A stretch of 17,043 bases of DNA from Candidatus Diapherotrites archaeon CG10_big_fil_rev_8_21_14_0_10_31_34 (GTDB lineage Archaea; Iainarchaeota; Iainarchaeia; Iainarchaeales; 1-14-0-10-31-34). Location of the stretch: contig PFAI01000056.1 in NCBI GenBank assembly GCA_002763225.1, forward strand, positions 707 through 17,749, written 5' to 3'. The notes under the pieces are model-generated. The model worked only from the letters and a program-made list of their open reading frames with translations. It was not told the origin of the DNA and did no database searches. The position numbers and the translations under genes are program-made. Of this stretch, positions 16,488 to 17,043 are shown one piece after another. Position 1 is the first letter of the stretch. The number at the start of each line of letters is the position of its first letter.

Positions 16488-17043
16488 TGCCATAACCTCT
16501 TCCAAGTAAAGAAATTAAAAGAAAAGTCTTTGCAGTTAGCTGAAGACCTGCAAACAGTAAAATTAATTGTATAAAAAGTGTTTGGATAAAGTGATGCATT
16601 AATTTCAGTGGAAAACATTTCATTTGAAAAATCTCTTTGAGTAGAGTCTAATTCAAAATCAATTAATCCATTAGCAATATTAGTTATTTTAATGTTTTTA
16701 ACAAAACCTGAATTGACTCCATTAATTTTTCCGTTAAAAGGCAGAACCATGTCTTTTTTTTCGCTTGCAGTCAAATTGCACACTTCATTTTTATGATGAG
16801 TTACAGAGTTATTAGCATTTAATTCAACTCTGTCATAAAACTTTAATGGATTAAATACATTAAAATCAATTGAGTTTGCATCAATTGAAACCAAAGGAAG
16901 ATTACCTGAACCAAATCCAAGCATTGCATCTCCTTTTAACCTGCAACCAGTAATCTGGACATCTCCTAAAGCAGTATATTTTGTTTCAGGAAAAAAATAA
17001 AGGTATTCAAATGGTTTTGATTTAATTGAAATGTTTTCTGCTC
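16484..17043 (-). CDS. 3' part of a hypothetical, probably extracellular protein (5'-truncated by window edge)
   Basis: The frame stays open from TGA 16484 to the window end (…ENISIKSKPFEYLYFFPETKYTALGDVQITGCRLKGDAMLGFGSG…), so the ATG at 16924 is probably internal. It is Asn/Ser-rich with NxS/T sequons and paired Cys (CRSSANC). Confidence 0.8.
   Translation of the reverse strand, partial: AENISIKSKPFEYLYFFPETKYTALGDVQITGCRLKGDAMLGFGSGNLPLVSIDANSIDFNVFNPLKFYDRVELNANNSVTHHKNEVCNLTASEKKDMVLPFNGKINGVNSGFVKNIKITNIANGLIDFELDSTQRDFSNEMFSTEINASLYPNTFYTINFTVCRSSANCKDFSFNFFTWKRLWQ

Noticed and set aside
16488..16505. TTG 16505 or ATG 16493 as start of the giant gene
   Set aside because: SD GAGGT spacing and the ATGA stop/start overlap favour ATG 16487.
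8203..16509. Shadow ORFs 8203-8691(+), 9230-9763(-), 11671-11958(+), 12853-13242(+), 13717-13977(+), 16210-16509(+)
   Set aside because: They are antisense overlaps of sepF, cdc6 and the giant gene, with no independent coding evidence.
1..17043. tRNA/rRNA genes, IS elements, integrases, or an alternative genetic code
   Set aside because: No GC-rich structured RNA-like segment, transposase or integrase ORF was seen. All conserved genes read through intact with the standard archaeal code.

Overview
AT-rich archaeal chromosomal segment; the gene set and protein style suggest a DPANN lineage such as Diapherotrites/Iainarchaeota (inference). It holds a replication/division cluster on the + strand: the 3' end of a UPF0147 gene, both DNA polymerase D subunits (DP1, and DP2 carrying a 484-aa LAGLIDADG intein in its catalytic motif), and a small basic orphan ORF. 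Next come a divergent sepF + tail-anchored membrane protein pair (- strand) and orc1/cdc6 (+ strand). On the - strand is the 3' part of a surface-protein operon that includes a ~2,100-aa membrane-anchored beta-sandwich protein. Four observations stand out. (1) The DP2 intein ends in Tyr-Asp instead of His-Asn/Gln and also lacks the block-F His, although it interrupts an essential active site. (2) The DP1 proofreading site has several metal-ligand motif substitutions (GNHD->GQHD, GHxH->GDLH, RHL->RDL). (3) A tandem 30-bp hairpin repeat between DP1 and DP2 differs between copies only at pairing-preserving positions. (4) A degenerate ~40-bp repeat array with a CAGTGAAAA core lies immediately downstream of cdc6 and is a candidate origin. 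All assignments come from motif recognition by eye; no searches were run.
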